DNA of 64,000 nucleotides from positions 6-64,005 of the forward strand of contig JAABTM010000003.1 in NCBI GenBank assembly GCA_011389855.1, in the 5' to 3' direction. This stretch comes from Desulfobacteraceae bacterium. GTDB taxonomy: Bacteria; Desulfobacterota; Desulfobacteria; Desulfobacterales; JAABSP01. The position numbers and the translations under genes were made by a program. The notes beneath the pieces are model-generated. The model made no database searches. It saw only the letters and a list, made by a program, of their open reading frames with translations, and was not told the DNA's origin. Positions within the stretch are counted from its first letter, which is position 1. Each line of letters starts with the position of its first letter. Positions 55,406 to 64,000 of this stretch are shown here, piece after piece.

Positions 55406-56788
55406 TTACATCAACCCGTAGTTTTTCAGCTTTTTATGGAGCGTTTTCCGGGTGATGCCCAGACGGCGGGCGGCCTCGCTCTTGTTGCCGCCCGCAGCCG
55501 TCATGGTCTGTAAGATAGTCGCTTTTTCCACTTCTTCAAGGGAAACGTCGCCGCCGGCAAGGGGCGGCGCTTCGGTTTGGGGCTCGGCCGCGGCCTCGCC
55601 GTCCCCGAACCGGGCGGTCTGAAGGTTGGGGAAGTCCCCCACATCCAGGTATTCGGCCCGGGCCAGGACCACGGCCCGTTCCACTGCGTTCATCAGCTCC
55701 CGGACGTTCCCCGGCCAGTCGCTCCGGACCAGGCGGTCCATGGCCTCGGGGGTGAATCCCTTGATGGTTTTCCGGTTTTTTTCGGCGAATTGACGCAGAA
55801 AATGATCCGCCAGGAGCGGGATGTCTTCCCGCCGCTCCCGCAGGGGCGGCACGTGGAGGCTCACGACGTCGAGGCGGTAGTAGAGGTCTTCCCGGAAGAT
55901 CCCTTCGGCGATCCGTTCCAGGAGGTCCCGGTTGGTGGCGGCGATGATCCGGACGTCCACGGGGATGACCGTTTCGCCCCCCACCCGGTTCAGCTCCCGC
56001 TCCTGGAGAACCCGGAGGAGCTTGGCCTGCATGGTCAGGGCCATCTCGCTCACCTCGTCCAGGAAGAGGCTGCCGCCGGAGGCCTGGACGAACCGGCCTT
56101 CCTTTCGGCGGTCGGCGCCGGTGAAAGCGCCCTTTTCGTGGCCGAAGAGTTCCGACTCCAGCAGGGTCTCGGTGATGGCGGCGCAGTTGATTTTGACGAA
56201 GGGGCCCTCTTTCCGAGGGCTGTTGTAGTGGACCGCCCCGGCGATCAGTTCCTTGCCCGTGCCGGACTCGCCGGTGATCATCACCGTGGCCTCGGAGGGC
56301 GCCGCCTGGGCCACGGTCTCCAGCAGGTCCACCATGGCCGGGCCGCCCCCGATGATCCGCCGCCGGTCGAACCGGTCCCCCAGCTCGGCCCTGAGCCGCC
56401 GGTTTTCGTCCTTCAGCCGGGTGTGCTCCATGGCCCGCTCCATGGTGACCCGGAGCTTTTCAAAGTCCAGGGGCTTGGTCAGGTAGTCGTAGGCCCCTTT
56501 TTTCAGGGCGTCCACGGCGGTCTCCACCGAGGAATAGGCGGTCATGATGATTACCGGGATGGCCGGGTTGAGGGACTTGATTCGCTCCAGGGCCTCGATG
56601 CCCGACACCTTGAGCATCCGGATGTCCATGAGCGCCAGGTCGAAGGGGCCCTCTTCCACCCGGGCCACCGCGGTTTCGCCGTCGTCGGCCTCGGTCACGG
56701 CGTAGCCCCAGCCGCCCAGGAGGGTCCTGAGCATGGTGCGGTGGGCCGCGTCGTCGTCCACCACCAGTACGGTGTCTTTTTCGGTCAT
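55406..56788 (-). CDS. Sigma-54-dependent response regulator (NtrC/ZraR/AtoC family)
   Basis: REC domain (VLVVDDD..DIRMLKVSG), AAA+ domain (GESGTGKE, GAFTGA, ESELFGHEKGAFTGA region), and a C-terminal Fis HTH (AARRLGITRKTLHKKLK). Confidence 0.93.
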   Translation of the reverse strand: MTEKDTVLVVDDDAAHRTMLRTLLGGWGYAVTEADDGETAVARVEEGPFDLALMDIRMLKVSGIEALERIKSLNPAIPVIIMTAYSSVETAVDALKKGAYDYLTKPLDFEKLRVTMERAMEHTRLKDENRRLRAELGDRFDRRRIIGGGPAMVDLLETVAQAAPSEATVMITGESGTGKELIAGAVHYNSPRKEGPFVKINCAAITETLLESELFGHEKGAFTGADRRKEGRFVQASGGSLFLDEVSEMALTMQAKLLRVLQERELNRVGGETVIPVDVRIIAATNRDLLERIAEGIFREDLYYRLDVVSLHVPPLRERREDIPLLADHFLRQFAEKNRKTIKGFTPEAMDRLVRSDWPGNVRELMNAVERAVVLARAEYLDVGDFPNLQTARFGDGEAAAEPQTEAPPLAGGDVSLEEVEKATILQTMTAAGGNKSEAARRLGITRKTLHKKLKNYGLM

Positions 56789-58578
56789 GATCGTTGCGTC
56801 TTCTCCTCTTCCGCGTCCGCATCGAAGACCAGGGACACGGTGGTTCCCCGGCCCTTTTGGCTGACGATGTCCAGCCGCCCGCCGTGGGCCTTCATGATGT
56901 TGTCGGCGATGGCCAGCCCCAGGCCGGTGCCCGAGGGTTTGGTGGTGAAATAGGGATCGACGACCCGGGACAGGTCCTCGGGGTCGATGCCTGCCCCGGC
57001 GTCGGCAACATGAATCCCGGGCCGGCCGGTTTCGTCCCGGTCGGCGGCCACGGTTAAAACCCCGCCGTCCCCCATGGCCTCCACCGCGTTGATGTACAGG
57101 TTGAGGAGCACCTGGTTGATGCGGTCGGCGTCGATCACCGCTTCGCCGATGCTGTCGGAAATCCGGGTTTCCAGGCCGATGCCGGCGTCCCTGGCGCGTT
57201 TTTCCACCAGCCGCAAGGAGGTCTCGATAAACCGCTTCAGATCCACGGGGGACGGCGAAAGGGCTACGGGCCGGGCGAATTCGAGCAGCCCGGTGACTGC
57301 CCTGTTGATCCGGTCCACCTCGCCGATGAGGATGTCGGCGGTCTCCCGGTCCTCGGCCACGTCCTTGTACCGCTCCCGGAAATAGGTGGCGAACCCCTTG
57401 ACCGAACTCAACGGGTTCCGGATTTCGTGGGCCACCCCGGCGGCCAGCCGCCCGACGGCCGCCAGCCGCTCGTTCTTCTCGATCCGCTTCCGGAGCGCCC
57501 GGATCTCGCTGAGATCCTTGAACAGGACCACATATCCGAGAAACCCGCCCCGTTCGTCCCGGAGGCGGGAGGCGGTCACCGACAGGGGGACGGTCCGATC
57601 CGGTCCCGGCCCCTGTCCTATGGGGCAGTCAATTTCCCGGTCGGGCGGGTCGTCGCCGGTTTCCAGCGCCCGAACCGGTTCCCACAGGGCCGTAGGCATC
57701 TCGTCCCCGACCGGTTTGCCCATGACCTCGGCTGGCCGGCGGCCGAGGATGGCGGCGGCGGTCCTGTTGAAGGAGACGATCCGGCCGTCCCCGTCGGTGG
57801 CCAGAATCCCCACGGGGATGTGCTCCACCAGGGTGTCGGAAAAGGCCTGAATGCGAGAAAGGGATCGCCGGGCCGACTGGTAGTGGTGGGCCAGAAACAA
57901 AAGAAAAATGCCGGCGAACCCCAGAAAAAGGAAAACCACCCCCATGACTACGGTGTGGCGCACGTCGGCGCGTCGGGCCGCTTCCACGGCGCTCATGTCG
58001 AGGCCTACGAAGATGGCGGTGGGGTCATCGGGATCAGGCCCCCGGCCCGGCCACATGTGACGGCCCATGCCCATGTGGCCGGGGGGCGAGGAGGGGAGGA
58101 ACCGCCGGAAGACTTCGAAGATCGGTCCTCCGCCGGTCCCCTGGACGGTGCGCCATCGCAGCGTCTCCGACCGGACCGCCCCGGCCATGTCCAAATCCGA
58201 CCCATCGTACCGGTCGCCGATGCGGCCCGGATCGCTGTGGGCCAGGATCCGGCCCCCGGCATCGGCGACCATCAGGTAGGCGATGTCCGGCTGCCGGGCC
58301 GTCTCCGACAGGAGCCGCTGGAGCTTGAAGTCGGTTCCGCCGCCGTGCATCCGTCCCCTGCCCATTCCCATTCCCATCATCCCCATGCCGGTGCGGGTCC
58401 CGGCTTCAAAAGAGCGGATCAGGGCCGCGCCTTTTTCGGTCAACAGCCGGATGCTGTTCTCCTTCTGCCGGTTGATGGTCTGGAGGGTCATGAGGGTGAA
58501 GATGGGCAGCAGGATGGCGATGGCCCCCAGGAACAGCCAGGGGGGGATGCCGCCGGGCCAGAAGCGCGATGGTCTCAT
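56785..58578 (-). CDS. Sensor histidine kinase (ZraS/AtoS-like) with Met/Gly/His-rich periplasmic loop, PAS and HK
   Basis: Two TM helices flank a domain containing GMGMMGMGMGRGRMHGGG and GHMGMGRHMWPG. PAS region; H-box GVAHEIRNPL; ATPase GTGLGLAI. Start ATG 58578 overlaps the upstream stop. Confidence 0.88.
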   Translation of the reverse strand: MRPSRFWPGGIPPWLFLGAIAILLPIFTLMTLQTINRQKENSIRLLTEKGAALIRSFEAGTRTGMGMMGMGMGRGRMHGGGTDFKLQRLLSETARQPDIAYLMVADAGGRILAHSDPGRIGDRYDGSDLDMAGAVRSETLRWRTVQGTGGGPIFEVFRRFLPSSPPGHMGMGRHMWPGRGPDPDDPTAIFVGLDMSAVEAARRADVRHTVVMGVVFLFLGFAGIFLLFLAHHYQSARRSLSRIQAFSDTLVEHIPVGILATDGDGRIVSFNRTAAAILGRRPAEVMGKPVGDEMPTALWEPVRALETGDDPPDREIDCPIGQGPGPDRTVPLSVTASRLRDERGGFLGYVVLFKDLSEIRALRKRIEKNERLAAVGRLAAGVAHEIRNPLSSVKGFATYFRERYKDVAEDRETADILIGEVDRINRAVTGLLEFARPVALSPSPVDLKRFIETSLRLVEKRARDAGIGLETRISDSIGEAVIDADRINQVLLNLYINAVEAMGDGGVLTVAADRDETGRPGIHVADAGAGIDPEDLSRVVDPYFTTKPSGTGLGLAIADNIMKAHGGRLDIVSQKGRGTTVSLVFDADAEEEKTQRS

Positions 58579-59774
58579 CACACAAGATCCAACGCCCCCT
58601 CCAGATCCGCGATAATGTCGTCCGGATCCTCCAGCCCCACCGACAGCCGGATCAACCCTTCGCCGATGCCCGCCGCCCTGCGTTCTTCCGCCGTGTAGGC
58701 GGCGTGGGTCATGGAGGCCGGGTGCTGGATGAGGGTTTCGCAGTCCCCCAGGCTGACGGCCAGGATGCACAGCGACACCGCGTTCATGATGGTCTTGCCG
58801 GCCGCCAGTCCGCCTTTGACCTCGAAGGCGATCATTCCGCCGAATTCGCGCATCTGCGCTTTGGCCGCGGCATGTCCCGGGTGGGAATCCAGGCCTGGGT
58901 AGTAGACCCGGTCCACCTTGGGGTGGGCCTCCAGCCATCGGGCGATTTTGAGGGCGCTGTCGCAGTGGCGCTCCATGCGCAGGGCCAGGGTCTTGATCCC
59001 CCGCAGAAAGAGCCATGCGTTGAAGGGGCTCATGGACGGCCCGTAGTGGTGAGCGTAGTCCTGCCGGATGTGGTCCATCATGGCGGCGCTGCCCACGATG
59101 ACGCCGCCGATGATGTCGCCGTGGCCCCCCAGGTATTTGGTGGCGGAATGGACCACGATCTCGGCCCCCAGTTCCAGGGGGCGCTGGAGGTAGGGCGAGG
59201 CGAAGGTGTTGTCCACTACCAGGGGGATGCCTTTTTTTTGGGCCACGGATGCCCAGAGGCGGATGTCCAGGATATCCACCGTCGGGTTGGCGGGGGTTTC
59301 CAGGTAGAGAAAGCGGGTTTTTTCGTCGATGAGGGCCTCGATTTGCCCGGCGGTGCAGCAGTCCGACGGCGGGATGAACCGGGATTCGATGGACAGATCC
59401 CTGAAATGGTGGTTGAAAAGGGAGAAGGTGCCGCCGTAGACGGTGGTGGAGGAGACCAAATTGTCCCCCGGCTTGGCCAGGGAGAGGCCCACCGCCGCGA
59501 TGGCCGACATGCCGGATGAGGTGGCGATGGCCGCCTCGCCCCCTTCCAGGACCGCCATCTTCTCCTGGAGCTGGGCCACGGTGGGGTTCCCGATCCGGGT
59601 GTAGACGAACCCCTCGTCCGTGCCGTCGAAAATCCCGGCCCCATGGTCGGCGGATCGGAATTTGTAGGTGGCGGTCATGTGGATGGGGGCGACCAGATCC
59701 AGCGAGGTGGTATGGACGGTGTGCGTGCCGTGGACGATTTCGGTTTCCAGGGAAAGCGGCTTCGTCGGTTTCAT
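58578..59774 (-). CDS. Trans-sulfuration-family PLP enzyme (methionine gamma-lyase / cystathionine gamma-synthase / OAH sulfhydrylase-like)
   Basis: YTRIGNPT, and the PLP-lysine motif HSATKYLGGHGD. Full-length Cys/Met-metabolism PLP fold. Start trimmed to ATG 59774. Confidence 0.9.
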   Translation of the reverse strand: MKPTKPLSLETEIVHGTHTVHTTSLDLVAPIHMTATYKFRSADHGAGIFDGTDEGFVYTRIGNPTVAQLQEKMAVLEGGEAAIATSSGMSAIAAVGLSLAKPGDNLVSSTTVYGGTFSLFNHHFRDLSIESRFIPPSDCCTAGQIEALIDEKTRFLYLETPANPTVDILDIRLWASVAQKKGIPLVVDNTFASPYLQRPLELGAEIVVHSATKYLGGHGDIIGGVIVGSAAMMDHIRQDYAHHYGPSMSPFNAWLFLRGIKTLALRMERHCDSALKIARWLEAHPKVDRVYYPGLDSHPGHAAAKAQMREFGGMIAFEVKGGLAAGKTIMNAVSLCILAVSLGDCETLIQHPASMTHAAYTAEERRAAGIGEGLIRLSVGLEDPDDIIADLEGALDLV

Positions 59775-59888
59775 GGCGGACTCCTTGTCGGCGCGGCGGC
59801 AGGGGGTTGATAAAGACGGGCGGTCCATTGACGCGGACACTCATTAAATATATAGGGGTGGGGAGACGGTTGCAACCTTTTTAACCCT

Positions 59889-59904
59889 GGCAATCGCCAT
59901 GCCA
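59889..59904 (-). promoter_or_regulatory. Sigma-54 (-24/-12) promoter
   Basis: The minus strand reads TGGCATGGCGATTGCC, against the consensus TGGCAC-N5-TTGCW. It lies about 115 nt upstream of ATG 59774. Confidence 0.6.
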
Positions 59905-59933
59905 ACATTCAACAGTCGGGACAGGAGGACATC

Positions 59934-60215
59934 ATGGAAGAGACCACCACCAACCCCTGCCAGGAACAGATTTCATCCATATTTCGCGAGATCGGCGGAT
60001 TTGGATGGAAGGAAGCGGAAATCTGGGCTGGCTTCTGCGACGCCGTGGGCATGGACCCGATTCCTTTTCTCAAGGTCATGCTGGAAAATGTCTGCCGGGT
60101 CCAGGGCTGCGCCGCCGGCGGCCGAGGCGTGCCGGATTGCTGCTCCGGCCAAACACCTGAGCTGTGGGTGGCGCTTAAAGGGGGGCAAACCCGGTTTCAT
60201 CTGCTGTTGCCATAG
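59934..60215 (+). CDS. Small Cys-rich hypothetical protein (uncertain)
   Basis: AGGAGG lies 6 nt before ATG 59934. The product is 93 aa with 6 Cys. The ORF may be spurious, because this stretch could also be the upstream activator region of the divergent sigma-54 promoter. Confidence 0.35.
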   Translation: MEETTTNPCQEQISSIFREIGGFGWKEAEIWAGFCDAVGMDPIPFLKVMLENVCRVQGCAAGGRGVPDCCSGQTPELWVALKGGQTRFHLLLP

Positions 60216-61378
60216 GGAGAGATGTCGGGCGGCCATCGAAGCGTTGCTTTGAATTCCTCTCCAATCTCCTTGAAGACCGCCTCCCCGCCGGAGCGTTGCA
60301 TTTCCTGAAACACCATAGGCAGGCCCCGACCCAGCCGATCTATAAATCTTAAATTTTCCATGAATTTAACAATCACGGGGTTGGTGGCGTAGGAAACTCC
60401 GGCCTTCAGTTTTTCCACCGTCACCGTGTTGGGCAAACGGCCGGGGCTGATGAATTCCATCCGGTCGTTATACATGAATACCCGGATTTTCGATCCGAAA
60501 ATGGCATAGTTGCGATGGACACAGGCGTTGACCAACAGTTCCCGGAAGACTTTTTCCGGCGGCATGGGCCGGGCGTCTTCCCGTTTGGCGCCCTTGATGT
60601 CGGAGGGCGCGAGGAGATTGTTCCGAATGACCGCTATCCCGGTGGTCACTTGATAGTCCAGGGTTCCGTCGATGTTCTGTTTGTCGATGAGCGGCCCGTC
60701 CATGTCGTTTCCCGGAAAATGGGCAAAGGATATTCCGCACTGGGGCAGGCGCCGTGATGGATTGAGTCCGAAAATCAAAAGGCCGGCGATGGTCGGGACG
60801 CGCTCCTCCGTCAAAATGTCCGTGTTGACCAGCAGTTTTTCCTTTTCCGATTCGGCTTCAGACGCGAAGTCGATTTCATATCGTCTGAAATAGGCGTCCA
60901 CAGCCGAGAGGTTGATGTCTTTCATTGACGCGCCCTCAACCCCGGTCCGGTCGAAGTGGAAAAGGCCGGCGGCCTGAAACAGGCGGAGAAGCTCAAACTG
61001 CGTGGCGACCCGATTGGTGGAGCCGACGCGGGTGTAATACCGATTTCCCGCCTGATAAGGTTTGTCCCTGCCTTTTGGAACGCCGACCCCTATGATTCGT
61101 TTTCCGTCGATGACGGCGGAAAAACAGTCTACGGAAAGCGGCGGCGATACATTGTTTCGGGCGATGTTCGTCACCTTTTCCTCATAACGGGCGGCGTCTT
61201 CGACCCCTTCGATGTCGCCGGCGTCTCCGACGCCGACGAGAATTATCCCGCCGCCGGTGTTGGCGAAAGACGCCATCTCGCGGGCCAGGGATTCAGGGCG
61301 AACCGAGGCGGATTTGAATTCAACCGATGAATTTTCGCCTTGAGACAAGATATTCTGAATTTCGGATTCAGCGTACAT
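60197..61378 (-). CDS. AlbA_2 (Schlafen-like) plus HATPase_c_4 domain protein (often mis-annotated RecG-like)
   Basis: GENSSVEFKS...LAREMASFANTGGGIILVGV (AlbA_2). FRELLVNACVHRNY...DRMEFISPGRL...IDRLGRGLP (HATPase_c_4). AGGAGG RBS. Confidence 0.8.
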   Translation of the reverse strand: MYAESEIQNILSQGENSSVEFKSASVRPESLAREMASFANTGGGIILVGVGDAGDIEGVEDAARYEEKVTNIARNNVSPPLSVDCFSAVIDGKRIIGVGVPKGRDKPYQAGNRYYTRVGSTNRVATQFELLRLFQAAGLFHFDRTGVEGASMKDINLSAVDAYFRRYEIDFASEAESEKEKLLVNTDILTEERVPTIAGLLIFGLNPSRRLPQCGISFAHFPGNDMDGPLIDKQNIDGTLDYQVTTGIAVIRNNLLAPSDIKGAKREDARPMPPEKVFRELLVNACVHRNYAIFGSKIRVFMYNDRMEFISPGRLPNTVTVEKLKAGVSYATNPVIVKFMENLRFIDRLGRGLPMVFQEMQRSGGEAVFKEIGEEFKATLRWPPDISPYGNSR

Positions 61379-61405
61379 GGCGCCTCCTGTAATGGTCCAA
61401 ATCGG

Positions 61406-62812
61406 TCAGCTATGGTGGGCGTCGCCGGATTCATCGTTGGCATACGCCGGCCGAATGCCGCTGTAGGCCCGCTGCCGGGCCTGGGCCGCGGACTGGAGCG
61501 GGCCGACGTGAACGTCCACGTAATCGTAGACCCGGGCCGTCTTTTTGCCGGGGGCGGGCCGCAGCACCCGGCCCAGGTACTGGATCACCCGGCCGCTGAA
61601 CCGGATGGGGGTGGCGATGAAGAGGGTGGACAGGTCGGGGCAGTCGAAGCCTTCCCCCACCAGTTGTCCCGTGGCCACCAGCACCCGGATGTCGCCGGCG
61701 TTTAGCCGGTCCAGGACCTCGCGGCGTTTGGCCATGCTCAGATCGCCGGTGAGGAGTCCGGCGTCGATCCGGTGGCGGAATTTGAGAATGGCCTGAAGGG
61801 TCTCGCAGTGGTGCTTCCGGTCCGACAACACCAGGATGGCCCCGTCGGTCTCGACCGCCTCCTTGGCTGCGTCGGCGGCGATAAGGTGGTTGCGGCCGTC
61901 GTCGTGGGTCAGTTCCGAGAGCATCTTGCTGTAGTCCCGCACCGGGTCGGAGTGGGCGATGAACGCCGTCTCCCGGAGGATCACCTCGGCCTCCAGAATA
62001 TGGCCCTCCTCCACCAGATCGGCGGAGGCCACCTCGTGGTGGAGGTCCCCCAGATGCCAGTAGATGAGCCGGGAGAGCTTGTCCCGCCGCCAGGGAGTGG
62101 CGGACAGGCCCATCATGTACCGCGCGTCGAAGGCGCTCACCGCTTCGGTGAAGGTTCGGCTGGGGGTGCGGTGGCATTCGTCCACGATGAGATAGCCGGT
62201 TTGGCGGGCCGCTTCGTCGGCGCATTTGTAGAGGGACTGGACCAGGGCCACGGTGACGGCGGACCCCATCTCCCGCTTGCCCCCGCCGATCAATCCCACC
62301 TCGGCTTCCGGGATGCCGAGGAACCCGCCGACCCGGTCGGTCCACTGGTCGGCCAGCTCCCGGGTGTGGACCACGATGACGGCCGGCTGGCGCCGCCGGG
62401 CGATCAGGGCCAGCGCCATGACCGTCTTGCCGCTGCCGGTGGGGGCGCTGAGCACGCCGAAATCCTTGGCTTCCATGGCGGCCACCGCCGTCTCCTGGAA
62501 GGGGGCCAGCTCGCCGGAAAATTGAAAGTCCACCGGCGGCATGGACCTTCGCCGGTCGTCGATCTCGTGGGGGATCCCCGCTTCCCGGCACATGAGGATC
62601 AGATGGCGGATGAACCCCCGGGGCACGGCCAGGCCGCCGCCGGGGGTTTCATGGCAGAAGGAGAGGTGTTCCGGCACCCCCTTGTTCCACCGGCCCTGAC
62701 GCTCGTTCTCCAGCCATTTGGGGTTCTTGAACCGCAGTCGCTTTTTGAGCCGGTCGGCCAGGTCGTCGGGGACGTTGGTGAGAAACAGCCGGTTTTTGAG
62801 GGTGATTTGCAA
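61406..62812 (-). CDS. SF2 DEAD/DEAH-box (ResIII-type) helicase with ~95-aa N-terminal domain
   Basis: Motif I APTGSGKT, motif II IVDECH, motif III GLSATPWRRD, and a helicase-C region (LVATGQLVGEGFDCP...GRVLR). Start is uncertain (TTG 62812); the longer ORF to 63844 runs antisense-frame through the upstream gene. Confidence 0.8.
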   Translation of the reverse strand: MQITLKNRLFLTNVPDDLADRLKKRLRFKNPKWLENERQGRWNKGVPEHLSFCHETPGGGLAVPRGFIRHLILMCREAGIPHEIDDRRRSMPPVDFQFSGELAPFQETAVAAMEAKDFGVLSAPTGSGKTVMALALIARRRQPAVIVVHTRELADQWTDRVGGFLGIPEAEVGLIGGGKREMGSAVTVALVQSLYKCADEAARQTGYLIVDECHRTPSRTFTEAVSAFDARYMMGLSATPWRRDKLSRLIYWHLGDLHHEVASADLVEEGHILEAEVILRETAFIAHSDPVRDYSKMLSELTHDDGRNHLIAADAAKEAVETDGAILVLSDRKHHCETLQAILKFRHRIDAGLLTGDLSMAKRREVLDRLNAGDIRVLVATGQLVGEGFDCPDLSTLFIATPIRFSGRVIQYLGRVLRPAPGKKTARVYDYVDVHVGPLQSAAQARQRAYSGIRPAYANDESGDAHHS

Positions 62813-62826
62813 GGGCGATGGTCCGG

Positions 62827-64000
62827 TCAGGAGGGAAGGAGGTCGTAGAAATAGGTCATGGCGTCGGACCGGGTGACGATGCCGATGAGCCGGCCGTCGT
62901 CCACCACCGGCAATCGGCCGATGTCGTGGCGGACCATGAGGCGGACCGCCTGCATGGGGCCGATGCCCGGCTCGATGGTCACCACGTTGGTGCTCATGAA
63001 CGCTTTGACCGGGGCCTCGTACTGGCGGTCTTTTCGGAGCTTGGCGAAATCCCGCCGGGAGATGATCCCCAGGATCCGGCCGTCGTCGTCCACCACCGGC
63101 ATGCCGGTGCAGCCCTTCTCCCGGAGCCGCATGGCCGCCTCCTTCATGGGGATGTCCGGCCGGACGGCGACCACCGGGAAGGACATGAGGTCGCTGATCT
63201 GGACCGAGGCCTGCTGGTTGCCCTGGATCAGGTTCCGGATCATCCCTTCGACGATTTCGGGTTTCGCCGATTTGAGCATGGCCGACCCGGCCGCCGGGTG
63301 GCCGCCGCCCCCCAGGCTCCGCATGACGGCGCCCACGTCCAGCCCTTCGGCGGCGCTCCGGCCGATGACCATGCACCGGTCGTCCTTGACGGTGAAGATG
63401 CCGAAGGCCGCATCCACATTGAGGATCTGGCGGTACATGTTGACCACCACCGACAGCTCCCCCACGTGGCCGTCGATTCGCTGGCGGTTGAAGCCGATGC
63501 TGTACCCGTTGATCGTCTCCCGCCGGGTCGACTGGAGCATGTTGAAAAGCACATCCTTTTGTTTTTCGCCGTAGGCGGGCCGGAGGAGGTTGCCCACCAC
63601 CGCCAGGTCGGCGCCCTTTTCCAGCAGAAAGGCGGCGGCCCGGGCGTCTTCGGGCCGGGTGGCGGGGAACATGAGGCTGCCGGTGTCTTCGTAAAGGCCC
63701 GCCAGGAACAGGGTGGCCTGCATGGGTGTCAGGGGACGGTCGTCGGCCATCAGTTGCCGGAGCATGAGGGTGATGGCGGCCCCCATGGGTTCCTGGCGCC
63801 GCCAGCCGGCGTCGATGTCGCCGTGGATCATGTGGTGGTCCCACAACACGATGTCGAGGTCCGTCTTTTCCCGGAGGGTTCGGGCCCGGCCCAGGCGGTC
63901 CCAGCGGTTGACGTCCACCACGATGAGCCGCCGGACCCGGTCGGGATCCACCTCGTCCCAGGAGATGGTTTGGAAGATATCCTTGTGGATGGAGAGAAAT
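62827..64000 (-). CDS. DHH/DHHA1 phosphoesterase plus tandem CBS domain protein, 5' end outside the window
   Basis: DHH block (VLWDHH), DHHA1 block (GGGGHPAAGSA), then two CBS domains (VVAVRPD..GMPVVDDDGRILGIISRRD; VVTIEPG..RLPVVDDGRLIGIVTRSD). The frame stays open to position 64000. Confidence 0.8.
   Translation of the reverse strand, partial: FLSIHKDIFQTISWDEVDPDRVRRLIVVDVNRWDRLGRARTLREKTDLDIVLWDHHMIHGDIDAGWRRQEPMGAAITLMLRQLMADDRPLTPMQATLFLAGLYEDTGSLMFPATRPEDARAAAFLLEKGADLAVVGNLLRPAYGEKQKDVLFNMLQSTRRETINGYSIGFNRQRIDGHVGELSVVVNMYRQILNVDAAFGIFTVKDDRCMVIGRSAAEGLDVGAVMRSLGGGGHPAAGSAMLKSAKPEIVEGMIRNLIQGNQQASVQISDLMSFPVVAVRPDIPMKEAAMRLREKGCTGMPVVDDDGRILGIISRRDFAKLRKDRQYEAPVKAFMSTNVVTIEPGIGPMQAVRLMVRHDIGRLPVVDDGRLIGIVTRSDAMTYFYDLLPS

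Noticed and set aside
56785-59844. 1019-aa minus-strand ORF spanning the kinase and the PLP-enzyme region.
   Set aside because: It is a chimera. Upstream of ATG 58578 this frame is the wrong frame of the PLP-enzyme gene (an Arg/Gly/Pro-rich nonsense translation). The real kinase starts at MRPSRFWPGG, overlapping the PLP gene stop.
61406-63844. 812-aa ORF extending the helicase upstream through the DHH-CBS gene.
   Set aside because: The N-terminal ~340 aa are Arg/Pro/Gly-rich nonsense read out of frame over a well-supported DHH/CBS gene. The helicase most likely starts just after that gene's stop (TTG 62812).

Overview
This 64-kb window is a chromosomal segment from a GC-rich bacterium. The gene content looks Desulfobacterota/deltaproteobacterial: sigma-54 two-component systems, DUF1015, UPF0182, a selenoprotein-style in-frame TGA and the GroEL sequence type. 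That assignment is inference; no search was possible.

Most of the window is housekeeping:
- groES-groEL, hflK-hflC, tRNA-Ser(CGA), tRNA-Ser(GGA), dnaX-ybaB-recR
- a murI-like gene, suhB-like, rpsT, lptE-leuS, parA-parB
- an ispH fusion, plsY, two adjacent histidine kinases, UPF0182
- tRNA-Glu(CUC), an mltB-like gene, radA, rlmE, yebC, a lolA-like gene
- a sigma-54-driven operon: PLP enzyme, sensor kinase, NtrC-type regulator, trxC

Three stretches are visibly less GC-rich and look accessory:
1. About 12.7-15.0 kb, next to the tRNA-Ser genes. It holds a SLATT-like 2TM protein, remnants of a metallophosphoesterase and of an FGE-sulfatase-type domain, and a Phd/YefM antitoxin translationally coupled to a Uma2 (DUF820) endonuclease.
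2. About 49.7-51.8 kb, a strongly AT-rich two-gene islet carrying an AAA/ABC-type ATPase and an RloB-family protein (AbiL-like/PARIS-like architecture).
3. About 60.2-62.8 kb, an SF2 helicase followed by an AlbA_2/HATPase_c_4 (Schlafen-like) protein.

Other points worth a second look:
- a rhodanese gene interrupted by an in-frame TGA followed by a hairpin (candidate selenocysteine)
- a MurI homologue lacking both catalytic cysteines
- an IspH-UbiA fusion
- GTCCAC-NNN 9-mer arrays at two intergenic loci, and a (GGGACAGA)n microsatellite
- a palindromic REP/MITE-like element present at two convergent gene junctions
- a MORN-repeat protein with a nuclease-like tail

I found no CRISPR array, rRNA, integrase or transposase. 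All family calls come from motif recognition by eye and need HMM/BLAST confirmation.
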